38,810 bases of DNA from a virus. Lineage: Duplodnaviria > Caudoviricetes. The DNA is taken from positions 1-38,810 of IMG/VR virus record IMGVR_UViG_3300046719_000006; one strand, given 5' to 3'. Position numbers and translations under genes: made by a program. Of the stretch, positions 8,814 to 17,867 are shown piece after piece (position 1 is the stretch's first letter; each line of letters starts with the position of its first letter). The notes under the pieces were generated by a model. That model had not been told where the DNA came from and made no database searches. It worked only from the letters and a program-made list of their open reading frames with translations.

Positions 8814-9213
8814 AGAAGTAGATCAGAAAGCCTTCCTTGGTATGTACCGGGCAATCCGGCGCCTGATCTCCTCTGCGCATTCGTACGGCTTTGAATTCGT
8901 GGTAATCCTTTGGGTATTCCTTTTTATGTAGTATGGATGCCTTAGCCAAGTTGCATACTCGGCAATGGAGTCGTTTAACCTTTACATCATCAGGATGAAT
9001 GATCCACTCGCAGCGACACCAATCGCTAGTTTGCTCAGTCTCAACCGCGGTGGCATAGCGTGCTGCTAGTTCAGGAATGTCACCGGCTGGAAGCGAGATG
9101 TATTCCGTTGCCGCCCCACGGTCGATCAACGGCTTCAGCTCACGGGTGCTATGTCCTGTCTCCGCGGAGTAGCGTTGTTGCTCCCGCTTGCTGCTAAAGA
9201 ACTTCATTATCAT
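8785..9213 (-). CDS. Hypothetical Cys/His-rich protein
   Basis: CRC, HCRVC and DCPVH; strong RBS. Confidence 0.7.
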   Translation of the reverse strand: MIMKFFSSKREQQRYSAETGHSTRELKPLIDRGAATEYISLPAGDIPELAARYATAVETEQTSDWCRCEWIIHPDDVKVKRLHCRVCNLAKASILHKKEYPKDYHEFKAVRMRRGDQAPDCPVHTKEGFLIYFFEWVFRASD

Positions 9214-9230
9214 TCCCTCTCCTCTTTCAA

Positions 9231-9848
9231 CTACAGAACGCGTCGTGCTGTGTAAAACCCATAAGGCTTAGCAACAATTACCTTGCCGTGCCCTGAGCTG
9301 GCGTGCACCATTAGACCATTACCTAGGTAGATGCCTACGTGCCCCTTCTGCGGGAATATGATGTCGCCACGCTTCAGGTTCTTCTTACTAACCTTCACAC
9401 CGCGCTTCTGAATGCCGCCGGTGTAATGCGGTAGGCTGCGATTCGCCCCTTTCTTGAAAGCCACCATCACGAGACCAGAGCAATCCCATTTGCTAGGCCC
9501 GGTCGCTCCCCACTTGTATCGATCACCTCGCTGCGCCAGCGCAAACTTAATTACTCGGTTGATCTTAGCCGTACGGGCGGATACAGCACGCGCCGATCGA
9601 CTTACTGATTCAACCTCGCGGGGTACAGCCTGAGCGCTGGTAGACGCTTCCGCTTGTGGCAGGTGGTTACTCGGACCCTCAGCGAGGGGAGTCAACACGC
9701 CTACGGCCACCACAGCGGCTAGAACGAGGGAGATACGGCGCGTGCGCCGCGGATGCTGCTTAGGTGCTCGGTGCGATCGGATGTGATGGTATGCATTCCA
9801 TGCGTCAGTGTCATCGGACGAATCCAAGTCATAGATTTCGGTACTCAT
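9231..9848 (-). CDS. NlpC/P60 peptidoglycan endopeptidase with signal anchor
   Basis: YKWGATGP..WDCSGLV, GDIIF, GHVGIYLGNGLMVHA; hydrophobic segment after RRTRR. Confidence 0.92.
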   Translation of the reverse strand: MSTEIYDLDSSDDTDAWNAYHHIRSHRAPKQHPRRTRRISLVLAAVVAVGVLTPLAEGPSNHLPQAEASTSAQAVPREVESVSRSARAVSARTAKINRVIKFALAQRGDRYKWGATGPSKWDCSGLVMVAFKKGANRSLPHYTGGIQKRGVKVSKKNLKRGDIIFPQKGHVGIYLGNGLMVHASSGHGKVIVAKPYGFYTARRVL

Positions 9849-9865
9849 AAACCATCCTTTGATAG

Positions 9866-9947
9866 GGGCTGCTCTGCCGCGTGCTCCACCGAAAGCAGTG
9901 ACCCTAAGGCGGAATCAACCAAGCGGCATTCGCAAACAGAGCAGCCC
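9866..9947 (-). ncRNA. Structured leader upstream of the NlpC/P60 gene (putative cis-regulatory RNA)
   Basis: 11-bp closing stem GGGCTGCTCTG/CAGAGCAGCCC enclosing two small hairpins; fills the intergenic gap and ends just before the RBS. Confidence 0.45.
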
Positions 9948-9952
9948 TGCGA

Positions 9953-10162
9953 TTAATAAAGCGTTACCTTGAAAGGCTTGCCAGTGATGTCTATACCCAT
10001 TGAATATAGATAAGGCATACGAGCGCCAGCAGGACCAGGGTGTACGTATGGCGGTAGGTCCGTCTTACGGTTGTCCTTTACAGGAATTCCGTTAGCCCAA
10101 ACTGTCCGCCATACGCCCCCGACCTTCTCTTGTACTTCCACGCTAGGTGTTGCGAATCGCAT
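9953..10162 (-). CDS. Hypothetical protein
   Basis: 69-aa ORF with GAGGT RBS. Confidence 0.6.
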   Translation of the reverse strand: MRFATPSVEVQEKVGGVWRTVWANGIPVKDNRKTDLPPYVHPGPAGARMPYLYSMGIDITGKPFKVTLY

Positions 10163-10421
10163 TCAGCACCTCATCAAACGTAATAGGCTCATCACGTTTA
10201 ATACCCGATGGTAGATGAACCTCTGCCATTGTGATTAGCCATGCAGCGTAGCGGTAGGCGGATTCCCTATCCCGAAAGATAGGAACCTCCTGGAAACTTT
10301 GCCGCACGTATCGACCACGACCAGCGAGCGACGTAGAATGATTCGGCAAATTTTGTCCAGCATGGAGCGCGAAATCATTCTGCGTTTCGATCGGCTCGAC
10401 ATTTTCAACAGTGTCAGGCAC
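10143..10421 (-). CDS. Hypothetical protein
   Basis: 92-aa ORF coupled to the SSB stop. Confidence 0.7.
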   Translation of the reverse strand: MPDTVENVEPIETQNDFALHAGQNLPNHSTSLAGRGRYVRQSFQEVPIFRDRESAYRYAAWLITMAEVHLPSGIKRDEPITFDEVLNAIRNT

Positions 10422-10987
10422 TAGAATGGCTCTTCCTCATCGTCGTCATATTCCATTTCGTCCGCGTCGTCATCGTCAAAATCTTCGTCGTCTTCCTCAG
10501 GCTCTGGATCTTCCTCGCCGATGGCGCCCATCCACCCGATGTCCTTACGCGGATTATTGTCTGCGTCGACGCCATCCTTGATCTCAGCCTTGATCATTAC
10601 CTCGCCGGTATTACGCCACCGACCAATTTTCTTTACGTTACCTTCTTCGTCCGTGATGGTGCCACGCTCGAATTCCTTACCCGTGACACCGATGGCATCT
10701 AGGAATGGCACATAACGGAAATTGGTTCGCTCGGAGATCGGCAAAAAGGCCATGAGGAAATAGCCCTTATACTTGTGCTCTTCCTTACGACTTTTGCGCG
10801 GGATCAACTGTAGACCAACACGCAATTGCGGGAGCTTATTACCAACTGCCGCCGCCGACTTCAGAACCTTAACCCGCCATGCGTATACGCCATTGACAGG
10901 GATTGGACCGTCGTAAGGGGCGAACTGATTATCTCTATCGAAGTTATCGACGTCAGACGCGCTGACACCCCAATTGACTCTGGGCAT
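10421..10987 (-). CDS. Putative ssDNA-binding protein
   Basis: Beta-rich core, acidic tail ending EEEPF, directly after a Sak4-like ATPase. Confidence 0.75.
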   Translation of the reverse strand: MPRVNWGVSASDVDNFDRDNQFAPYDGPIPVNGVYAWRVKVLKSAAAVGNKLPQLRVGLQLIPRKSRKEEHKYKGYFLMAFLPISERTNFRYVPFLDAIGVTGKEFERGTITDEEGNVKKIGRWRNTGEVMIKAEIKDGVDADNNPRKDIGWMGAIGEEDPEPEEDDEDFDDDDADEMEYDDDEEEPF

Positions 10988-11895
10988 TACTCTCCCTCTC
11001 CATCGATCAGCCTTACTAGTTGCGGCATGGTTGGGTTATCGATGTACTCACCTAGTACGCCGAACTTATCTCCCACGATGTACCGCGCTTGCTGCTCATC
11101 CTTCCGCTTGCGGTCCATAGGAGATTCAAACCACAACCGTCGACGCATGTTAATAGCGCCGGTTGTGCGATTTCGCGTACGTCGCGCTTCCATATACCCG
11201 GTAACATCCATCAGTCCGCTGATTGCATTGGACACTTCAGTTACCTTTCCCTGAAAACCAGGGAAGACTAATAGTTCGGCATCGTCCGTAAGATCGGTAC
11301 GATACGCGTGAGCTGTAACAAGTAGATTGACAGGCAAGTCAATCAACCGTGGCATCCATGCCTTTAGAAAGTTTTGTGTATTGAAGTAGTCTGGCCGATC
11401 TGGCAGGTTCCGGTGCTGGCGCTTGGTTGGATTGATATCAAATGCTTCCGCGGCATAAGCTAGGCGGAAACGATCCTGCATCGTAGTAGTGCCATCAAGT
11501 ACGATCCAATCCAGCTTACGGTAACGTTCCCCCTGTTCCAACCACTCGACCGCGGCCCATGCTTCAGCGCTATTGCTGATACGCCGAGCCCCCTTGTGCG
11601 GTGGTAGCCCTTGTCGCTTCCTCCAACGGACGGCAGACTTAAACCCAGGCTCACCCACCAACCAGAACGTACGCTCCGGCAGCGTGCCAGCTAGAACCGT
11701 CTTACCGGCATTGGAGTCGCCATACACCAGGATATTCTTTGACTCATCCTCACCCTGGTCTAGGCGAATCAATTCCTTAGAGAAGTCAGACAGACTGAGG
11801 CGCGTGCGCTCGGTTGTTGCAAGGGTTGAGCGTTGCCCTGCTGTGCTGCGATTAGGCAAACCACCGGTGCTGTGTCGACCAGGGTCGCTGGTCAT
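10987..11895 (-). CDS. Sak4-like (AAA_24) RecA-fold ATPase / single-strand annealing protein
   Basis: Walker A NILVYGDSNAGKT; Walker B WIVLDG; LLVTAH; MDVTGYM. Confidence 0.82.
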   Translation of the reverse strand: MTSDPGRHSTGGLPNRSTAGQRSTLATTERTRLSLSDFSKELIRLDQGEDESKNILVYGDSNAGKTVLAGTLPERTFWLVGEPGFKSAVRWRKRQGLPPHKGARRISNSAEAWAAVEWLEQGERYRKLDWIVLDGTTTMQDRFRLAYAAEAFDINPTKRQHRNLPDRPDYFNTQNFLKAWMPRLIDLPVNLLVTAHAYRTDLTDDAELLVFPGFQGKVTEVSNAISGLMDVTGYMEARRTRNRTTGAINMRRRLWFESPMDRKRKDEQQARYIVGDKFGVLGEYIDNPTMPQLVRLIDGEGE

Positions 11896-12038
11896 TTTTT
11901 CTCCCGATGCTGGCAGTCACACCAAGTCGCACCCCTGCAATGCGAATGCAGGTCAGCTTTGATGGCGTTTAGTGCTGGACTATCAGCGGAAACCACATCA
12001 GCGCCTGTCTTGCAAGGCTTACAAATGAAATTAATCAT
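11892..12038 (-). CDS. Small Zn-finger-like protein (48 aa; CKPC...HSHC...CDCQH)
   Basis: Manual translation; ATGA overlaps at both ends. Confidence 0.7.
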   Translation of the reverse strand: MINFICKPCKTGADVVSADSPALNAIKADLHSHCRGATWCDCQHREKK

Positions 12039-12262
12039 GCTATGGATCCGTAGATCTTTTGTGTTTCCAGCATCTCCAGCTCAGTAAGCGACTGTGGATT
12101 ATCGCGCTCCACTACCGCTTCGTAATCTGCAACAGTCGACGGCCGTAGGGTTACCCCCCGCTCATCTACACCATCGACAGTCAAACGCATTCCTGACCAA
12201 TCGGAGCCGACCACAGTACCGATAGGTGGGAATACACCATTCATGCGCCGCATTACCTTCAT
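12035..12262 (-). CDS. Hypothetical protein
   Basis: 75-aa ORF within the operon. Confidence 0.65.
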   Translation of the reverse strand: MKVMRRMNGVFPPIGTVVGSDWSGMRLTVDGVDERGVTLRPSTVADYEAVVERDNPQSLTELEMLETQKIYGSIA

Positions 12263-12263
12263 G

Positions 12264-13298
12264 TCAGCTCAATTCAAAACTAGTCAATACCTCTGTGGAT
12301 TCTTCCTCGTACAGGTAAGGGTCTTGTCGCTCGTACATCGTGCGCTGCATTTCTTTGATGTCCCCACCCTGCTCTTCCACGACACACATCGTAAAGAAAG
12401 GGCAGAGCTTAGGACATGAACTGTGCGGCGTCTTAGGTAGGAGTGCAGGGTCTACCCGCTTAGCTCTAAGCGCCTCAGTCATACCAGTTATGATGCCTGC
12501 TTCAATACGTAAGCGGCTAATTGCGATTCGCTTGGATGCTCTAGTGAGTGTCACAGGAAATCGCATAAGCGTAGGAACAGGTTGCTTGGCGCTAACCGAT
12601 CCATTCTTATTGAGTGATTGCCCCTGCTCATTCACCGGGCGTTCATCAGTCAACGCTTTCCGCACGAAGTTGTACATGATTCCTTTGAACACATCCGACT
12701 TACGAAGTACCCCCGCCCTACGTAATGAAATTTCTGCCATGGCTCCATAAGGGCGCGCCTGATCATCAATCACTAAATGCTCAGTACGAATCTGCGCAGC
12801 AGTCTTATGCTCCATTAGCCATACATAATCAGGATTGGCAGCCTCGCGATAGACCAAGTCAGGCTTTAGCTTATGCTTGGCGAACACCTTGCCGTCGGCA
12901 TCAGTTAGATCGAATTCCAGTGGAATCTCAGCCACGATCGGAATGATAGCCGGATCGGCTCCATACTTCTTTTGGTAAGCCGTTGCCATGGCTTCACCTA
13001 AAGCGGCTAACTCATCGGCTTTTTCCAGCATGTAGTCTGGCGCACCGATATTCTTAGCGCCACCTATGGCTAGCTCTGCAAAGTGTTTGAACCATGCGGT
13101 AAGGCTGAGCCCCTCACGATCAGGCTGGCTATACCAGGCAGCTAGTGTGCTGTGAAACCACGTACCTAGCTCCAGTGCTCCGAACGTCTTAGCCTTAGGC
13201 ACAAGGCCCATGCGCCAACGCCAAAACCATTTCTTAGGGCAGCGCTTGTAATCGACACGCTCAGAATGGCGGATTAACGGCAGGCTATTCACGAACAC
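12264..13298 (-). CDS. PD-(D/E)xK exonuclease (RecB/Cas4-like)
   Basis: HSERVDYKRCPKKW, LGTWFH, KPDLV...EHKT, QARPY, C-terminal CPKLCPFFTMC. Confidence 0.85.
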   Translation of the reverse strand: MFVNSLPLIRHSERVDYKRCPKKWFWRWRMGLVPKAKTFGALELGTWFHSTLAAWYSQPDREGLSLTAWFKHFAELAIGGAKNIGAPDYMLEKADELAALGEAMATAYQKKYGADPAIIPIVAEIPLEFDLTDADGKVFAKHKLKPDLVYREAANPDYVWLMEHKTAAQIRTEHLVIDDQARPYGAMAEISLRRAGVLRKSDVFKGIMYNFVRKALTDERPVNEQGQSLNKNGSVSAKQPVPTLMRFPVTLTRASKRIAISRLRIEAGIITGMTEALRAKRVDPALLPKTPHSSCPKLCPFFTMCVVEEQGGDIKEMQRTMYERQDPYLYEEESTEVLTSFELS

Positions 13299-13665
13299 CC
13301 TTTAGGGTTCCGTTGAAATCAGGTAGCTGTGACATGCGGAACCTAGCTAGTTCTTCATCAGATGGATTCTTTGGGTGTTCTCTGCACGTGAACGGTGCGC
13401 CAAAGTGGTGGTTAGGGTCATGCAGCAGGCAGCAACCCCCGCATGTAGGGCATGCCTGAGCGCGGAACCTAGCCAATTCCTCAGGGTCCATATCCCGGGC
13501 AATTGGCCCTAGCCCCTCAGGGTCTTCATACACCTCAATGGCTGCTTCTGCAATACGTTCCCAACCGGCTTTTCCTTTGTCGGTTAGACGATCCCATGGA
13601 TGAATAGGTGTCGAGTCATTTATCTGTCTACGCAATTCTTCGTATGCGGCTTGACCGGGTGTCAT
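13285..13665 (-). CDS. Hypothetical protein with CPTCGGCC and a duplicated EELARFR
   Basis: 126-aa ORF, GGGAGG RBS. Confidence 0.7.
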   Translation of the reverse strand: MTPGQAAYEELRRQINDSTPIHPWDRLTDKGKAGWERIAEAAIEVYEDPEGLGPIARDMDPEELARFRAQACPTCGGCCLLHDPNHHFGAPFTCREHPKNPSDEELARFRMSQLPDFNGTLKGVRE

Positions 13666-13684
13666 TTCCTCCCCCTACAGCAAT

Positions 13685-13713
13685 GGGGCCGACCCCCGAA
13701 AGGGTCGACCCCG
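13685..13713 (-). terminator. GC-rich hairpin, probable terminator
   Basis: GGGGCCGACCC/GGGTCGACCCC downstream of the 13729 stop. Confidence 0.6.
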
Positions 13714-13728
13714 TTAGCTATTTACTGA

Positions 13729-14466
13729 TTAGAACAGGAAATCGTCGTCATCAGCCGTAGCAGGCTTGGCCTTGCTCGCCGCCCGCTTAGCCGGAGTAGC
13801 AGCCTTCTTTGCTCCGCGGCTAGGTGCCGTCCGCTTGGCTGGCGCAGCAGTACGCTTAGCAGGCGCAGTACGAGAGGATCGAGCACGCTTGGCAGGGGCC
13901 GGAGCCTCTTCCTCATCGTCGTAATCCTCTTCGTCGGCATCTGCCTCATCGTCTTCGTCATCATCGAATTCGTCGTCGTCGTCGTCGTCATCGGAATCAT
14001 CATCCGATTCGTCGTCATCGAATTCGTCGTCGTCTACTGCGTCATCCTCATCGAAGTCTTCATCGTCTTCGAATTCTTCCTCAACAGGGGCAGGCTTACG
14101 CTTGCGTGAGGTCGGTGCGTCTGCCTTCTCAGCAGCAGGCTTTGGCCCCCGCTTCACCTCGCCGCTTTCCTCTCGCCACTCTTCAAGCCACGGCGACGAA
14201 TTGAATGCCGGACGGGCAGCTACTGCGATAGCCACACCGCGGAGGAATGCGGCACGCTTACTAGGTGCTCCCTCCGGATCAAAGCCGACCTGAGTCACGA
14301 TCCACTTAGCGAATGCCCTCTGGTAAGCGGTAGGAACCTTCTCAGCGTAGGCTGAAACGTCCGGACCCTTCTTAACAGGCGCTGCCTTACGAGCAGGCTT
14401 CCGTGCCGGAGCAGCAGCAGCAGCGCGCCGCCGAGTCTGTGCAGTGCGAGTGTTACGTACTGGCAT
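13729..14466 (-). CDS. Low-complexity protein: basic N-terminus, helical core, long Asp/Glu tract, PAKR-repeat tail
   Basis: Start moved to ATG 14466 because of the GAGGAAAGGG RBS and because the upstream promoter overlaps 14520. Confidence 0.8.
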   Translation of the reverse strand: MPVRNTRTAQTRRRAAAAAPARKPARKAAPVKKGPDVSAYAEKVPTAYQRAFAKWIVTQVGFDPEGAPSKRAAFLRGVAIAVAARPAFNSSPWLEEWREESGEVKRGPKPAAEKADAPTSRKRKPAPVEEEFEDDEDFDEDDAVDDDEFDDDESDDDSDDDDDDDEFDDDEDDEADADEEDYDDEEEAPAPAKRARSSRTAPAKRTAAPAKRTAPSRGAKKAATPAKRAASKAKPATADDDDFLF

Positions 14467-14518
14467 TACATTCCCTTTCCTCTGTGTTCCCCACTGCCTG
14501 GTTTTGGCAGGGAAGTGC

Positions 14519-14547
14519 AACCTAATCGGTCATGGAATTGATGTCAA
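14519..14547 (-). promoter_or_regulatory. Near-consensus actinobacterial housekeeping promoter TTGACA-17-TAGGTT
   Basis: -35 at 14547-14542, -10 at 14524-14519. Confidence 0.75.
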
Positions 14548-14549
14548 CC

Positions 14550-16613
14550 TCAGATGCCGCGACTTAGATCCAACACATGCCGCATGTAGTCTACTCCGCG
14601 GCGTTGGTCTAGTAGCCGGTGTGTGTCAGCGCGCATTTCAGCATTTACGATTGCAGTACCAACATCCACCGTACCGACTGAGCGAAGGTAGTAATACATA
14701 CACTGGCGTGGGTTGCTTACCCGGTGAATCCGATCTTCCGCCTGAGACTGTTGATCGGGTATTCGCGTCTCGCTAGCAAATATCATCCGGTCAGCAGTAT
14801 CCAGTGTGATTGCAGTACCACCAGCTTTGACGTTCAGCATCATCACATCAGGTCCCCCGCCATCGTTGAACCGATCGATAATAACACGTCTGTCTTTAGC
14901 TGGTGTTCGGCCTGTAATGGCTGTACACAACGGATCATTTGGCTTCCGGCGGAAGTGCTTTTCAAGATTGGTTTGGTACATGCCCAGAATGCCAGTAAAG
15001 AAGCTGACAATCACTACCTTTGTAAGTGGATTCTTTGGGTAGCCCCACTCCTCTAAGCTATCTACGATCCAATCGAATTTGTTGCTAGGTAGCGTCGGCT
15101 TATAGCGGAATCGCTGTTCTTGGTGCCACCCGTGGCGCCTACAATCGCGGCAAATACGTGTTAGTTTTCCATCACATTTAGCCTTAACTAGGTAGGCTTC
15201 GATATCGCCATATGAGCAAGCTAGCTGCTTCAGTCGTGTCAGCTCAGCTAGTGCCGTTGTGGCGGTAAGGGCTCCGGAATCTAGGTCAGTCTCGCTCAAT
15301 TCCTCCATCTCGCGATAAGCTTTTTCCTGCTGCCCGTCCATTTCCAACCATACCCCAATAGGCGATGCTGGATCGTTTGGGTTAAGCGGGGTACCAACTT
15401 CCATTTTAGGTGGCAGATCTGGCGCTACTTCAGCTTTGGTACGGCGTAGGGCGATTGCCGATAGAGAATCCCACAGCATTTGCTCTCTATCTTTGCGGAA
15501 TTCCCCGATTTCGTATCCGGTGTAACCGCCTTTTTGCCAGAATGTTTCGGCCCACCGATGGAATGCGGAATGTTGATGCGAATCCAACCAATTCAGCGTA
15601 CCCCATAGCTGGTGCGGCTTAGAATCGAACGGCGTTCCGCTCATGGCGATACGTAGGCCATCGTTTCGGGTGGCCAACATATCCAGCCCACGCCGGCGTT
15701 GGGTCGGTACCCCGCCGCGGCGAATCAAACTTTCGTGGCTTTCGTCAACAACGATTGCACCCCATGCGATAGCGAACAATCGCGCGTAGCTAGGATCATC
15801 TACACGTTTAGTCTTGCGTGATTTCTTGTGGCCGCACTTTAGCATCATTACTTGCTTTTGTGCGAGCACGGTTTGTACTCCGCATGGTTCAGTGTATTTC
15901 AATACTCGGTGCTCACCGGTACAGCGGTTACGCTGCCTACGCCGCTTGGTCACTACCTGAGCGCAAATCAGATATGACTGAACCATAACCATCTCAGGAT
16001 GTACGATTACCCATGTAGTAGGCGTGTAGCGGGTTAGGCGTAGGGCTCGCTCCCGCTGATAGCGAAACTGAGGCATTGTAATGGCTCGGTGATTGGCGGG
16101 TAGCCACCGCTGGATTTCACGCTGCCAGACGCTTTCTGAAGCTGTCTTAGGAGCAATGATGAGGTAGGGGCCGGGAACCTCAGCCTCTAAGATGCCGCCC
16201 ATACAGATCAACGTCTTACCTAGACCAGGATCATCGGCAATCAGGCTGGCATGATTATCAGCAATGAAGCGAACACCAACACGTTGGTACGTCCGCCTAC
16301 GCATGGCTTTAGCAAGCTTTGGTGCTAGCCGCGGCAGGTTTTCTAGCTTTGCATCTGTTTGCTTGGCTAGATCTTTCATATATTTACGGGACTGCTGCAC
16401 CCCATGCGCCCAACGCTTCAGTTCATTACTCACATCCAAGCGGTTACCAAACTTCAACCGCAGTAGCTTGCATGATTCGATGCTGAGTGGAACAGTCCAA
16501 TGACCGGAAGTTGATTGATAAGCGCCCGGTACTGTCGTCTTCAATCCACCTACAGGCGTGGCGGAATAGAGAACAATCCGCCGGCCGCGCTTATCAATAC
16601 GAATTTGACTCAT
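14550..16613 (-). CDS. SNF2-family (SF2) helicase with Cys-rich insertions
   Basis: LIADDPGLGKT, VVDESH, MSGTP, LRRTKAEV, VVIVSFF, QAEDRIHRV. Confidence 0.9.
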   Translation of the reverse strand: MSQIRIDKRGRRIVLYSATPVGGLKTTVPGAYQSTSGHWTVPLSIESCKLLRLKFGNRLDVSNELKRWAHGVQQSRKYMKDLAKQTDAKLENLPRLAPKLAKAMRRRTYQRVGVRFIADNHASLIADDPGLGKTLICMGGILEAEVPGPYLIIAPKTASESVWQREIQRWLPANHRAITMPQFRYQRERALRLTRYTPTTWVIVHPEMVMVQSYLICAQVVTKRRRQRNRCTGEHRVLKYTEPCGVQTVLAQKQVMMLKCGHKKSRKTKRVDDPSYARLFAIAWGAIVVDESHESLIRRGGVPTQRRRGLDMLATRNDGLRIAMSGTPFDSKPHQLWGTLNWLDSHQHSAFHRWAETFWQKGGYTGYEIGEFRKDREQMLWDSLSAIALRRTKAEVAPDLPPKMEVGTPLNPNDPASPIGVWLEMDGQQEKAYREMEELSETDLDSGALTATTALAELTRLKQLACSYGDIEAYLVKAKCDGKLTRICRDCRRHGWHQEQRFRYKPTLPSNKFDWIVDSLEEWGYPKNPLTKVVIVSFFTGILGMYQTNLEKHFRRKPNDPLCTAITGRTPAKDRRVIIDRFNDGGGPDVMMLNVKAGGTAITLDTADRMIFASETRIPDQQSQAEDRIHRVSNPRQCMYYYLRSVGTVDVGTAIVNAEMRADTHRLLDQRRGVDYMRHVLDLSRGI

Positions 16614-16816
16614 TCGGTTTCCTGAAAGATATCACTGTGATGCGCCAACCAGTTACGCAGCCTGATTACCTCCTCATTGGTAGTGCGTGCGGCTAGGCTG
16701 CGATTAGGGTGGGTGTAGCGCTCCATAGGTATACCCTTCAGCGATAGACATAGTTCACTCGCATCCACCCCACAATCCGGACAAGGGAATAGCTCCCTAA
16801 TCGTAATGAGATTCAT
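16610..16816 (-). CDS. Small Zn-finger protein (CPDC...C...HPNR)
   Basis: 68 aa, GGGAG RBS, ATGA overlap with the helicase. Confidence 0.7.
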   Translation of the reverse strand: MNLITIRELFPCPDCGVDASELCLSLKGIPMERYTHPNRSLAARTTNEEVIRLRNWLAHHSDIFQETE

Positions 16817-16833
16817 ACGTACTCCCAGACACG

Positions 16834-16869
16834 AAAAACCCCTAAGGCCCGTGCGGCAACCTTAGGGGT
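16834..16869 (-). terminator. Rho-independent terminator
   Basis: ACCCCTAAGG/CCTTAGGGGT stem followed by a T-tract on the minus strand. Confidence 0.8.
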
Positions 16870-16878
16870 CAATGCGCT

Positions 16879-16971
16879 TCAATTATGCTCCCGGTCTCCA
16901 AGTGCCCAGGAAAGGCCAACAGTATTCAATACGAATGTACCGAAGAAAATCATCAGAACTAGCGAGCCCAT
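16879..16971 (-). CDS. Small membrane peptide (30 aa, MGSLVLMIFFGTFVLNTVGLSWALGDREHN)
   Basis: Manual translation; TAATG overlap. Confidence 0.55.
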   Translation of the reverse strand: MGSLVLMIFFGTFVLNTVGLSWALGDREHN

Positions 16972-17657
16972 TACCCCACCTTCAGTAGTGCGCCGACATG
17001 GAATGCGCGGAAGCCTCCGCCGCTGTGGTCGATGAACTTCACGACGCGCTTACTGTTGTCTTCATCGCCATTGACAAAGAAGATATGTTCAACAGTTACG
17101 GTACCGCCGATAACCGCTGATTCTGTTGAGCTGGCAATGGTATTCCACCACGAAACCTTCATGCCCTTGATCATTCGCACTAGCTCGGAGTCGGTTAGTT
17201 CATCCGGATCAAAGCTTAGCTGCGATGGTGGATAGTCATTCTTGGCAGGATTGATATCCTCCATGGCGTATGTCTGCTCATTCAGCACGCCATCTTGCCA
17301 CGTGATTACTAGAGTTTCGGCACCACGAGAGGCAGTGACTTCCGCCATCTGCCATCCGGTCATGTCCATTACCCAGGCACGACCTTTGACCACCCATCCC
17401 ACAGCGCTCAGGCGCTCTTTGGCTCGCATGGCTAGGGGGAGGGAGTCGTTTATCGCCGTTGGTGCCTTAGCAACGCTCTCAGCGGACACAACGGCTACCT
17501 TACCGATACCGGGCACCTGCCGGATCGTATTGCTAACCTTCTGTCCCGCGTGGTCGCACGGATTGTCCCCCGTGCAGCGTACCGGGCGCCTACCCATACG
17601 CGGTTGGATTTCAAATATGCCGCCTGCATGATCACGGCATTGAATCCTAATTGCCAT
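16971..17657 (-). CDS. Hypothetical protein with N-terminal Cys/His cluster; first gene downstream of the ncRNA cassette
   Basis: 228-aa ORF, GAGGAG RBS. Confidence 0.8.
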   Translation of the reverse strand: MAIRIQCRDHAGGIFEIQPRMGRRPVRCTGDNPCDHAGQKVSNTIRQVPGIGKVAVVSAESVAKAPTAINDSLPLAMRAKERLSAVGWVVKGRAWVMDMTGWQMAEVTASRGAETLVITWQDGVLNEQTYAMEDINPAKNDYPPSQLSFDPDELTDSELVRMIKGMKVSWWNTIASSTESAVIGGTVTVEHIFFVNGDEDNSKRVVKFIDHSGGGFRAFHVGALLKVG

Positions 17658-17683
17658 TCACTCACTCTCCTCTGTAACTTTCG

Positions 17684-17842
17684 TGTGAATGGTGGGAATC
17701 GAACCCACGGATGAACGGGGACGCTGTGTCCCCTACCGCTAGACCGATCTAAGCGGCTCATCACCTGCCTGCGGCTATGCGTTGCATTAACGCGTTGTCG
17801 GAACCGTTAATTAGCTGCATAGCTATTTACGCATTCATTCAC
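17684..17842 (-). ncRNA. 159-nt tRNA-like RNA (acceptor stem and T-arm with two large inserted domains)
   Basis: 7-bp GTGAATG/CATTCAC acceptor plus discriminator A; T-arm GTGGG-TTCGATT-CCCAC; long hairpin GCTATGC..ATTAACG/CGTTAAT..GCATAGC; three-way junction closed by GATGA/TCATC. Confidence 0.7.
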
Positions 17843-17867
17843 TCCAGTGCCTTCCGGAAGGCACAAG

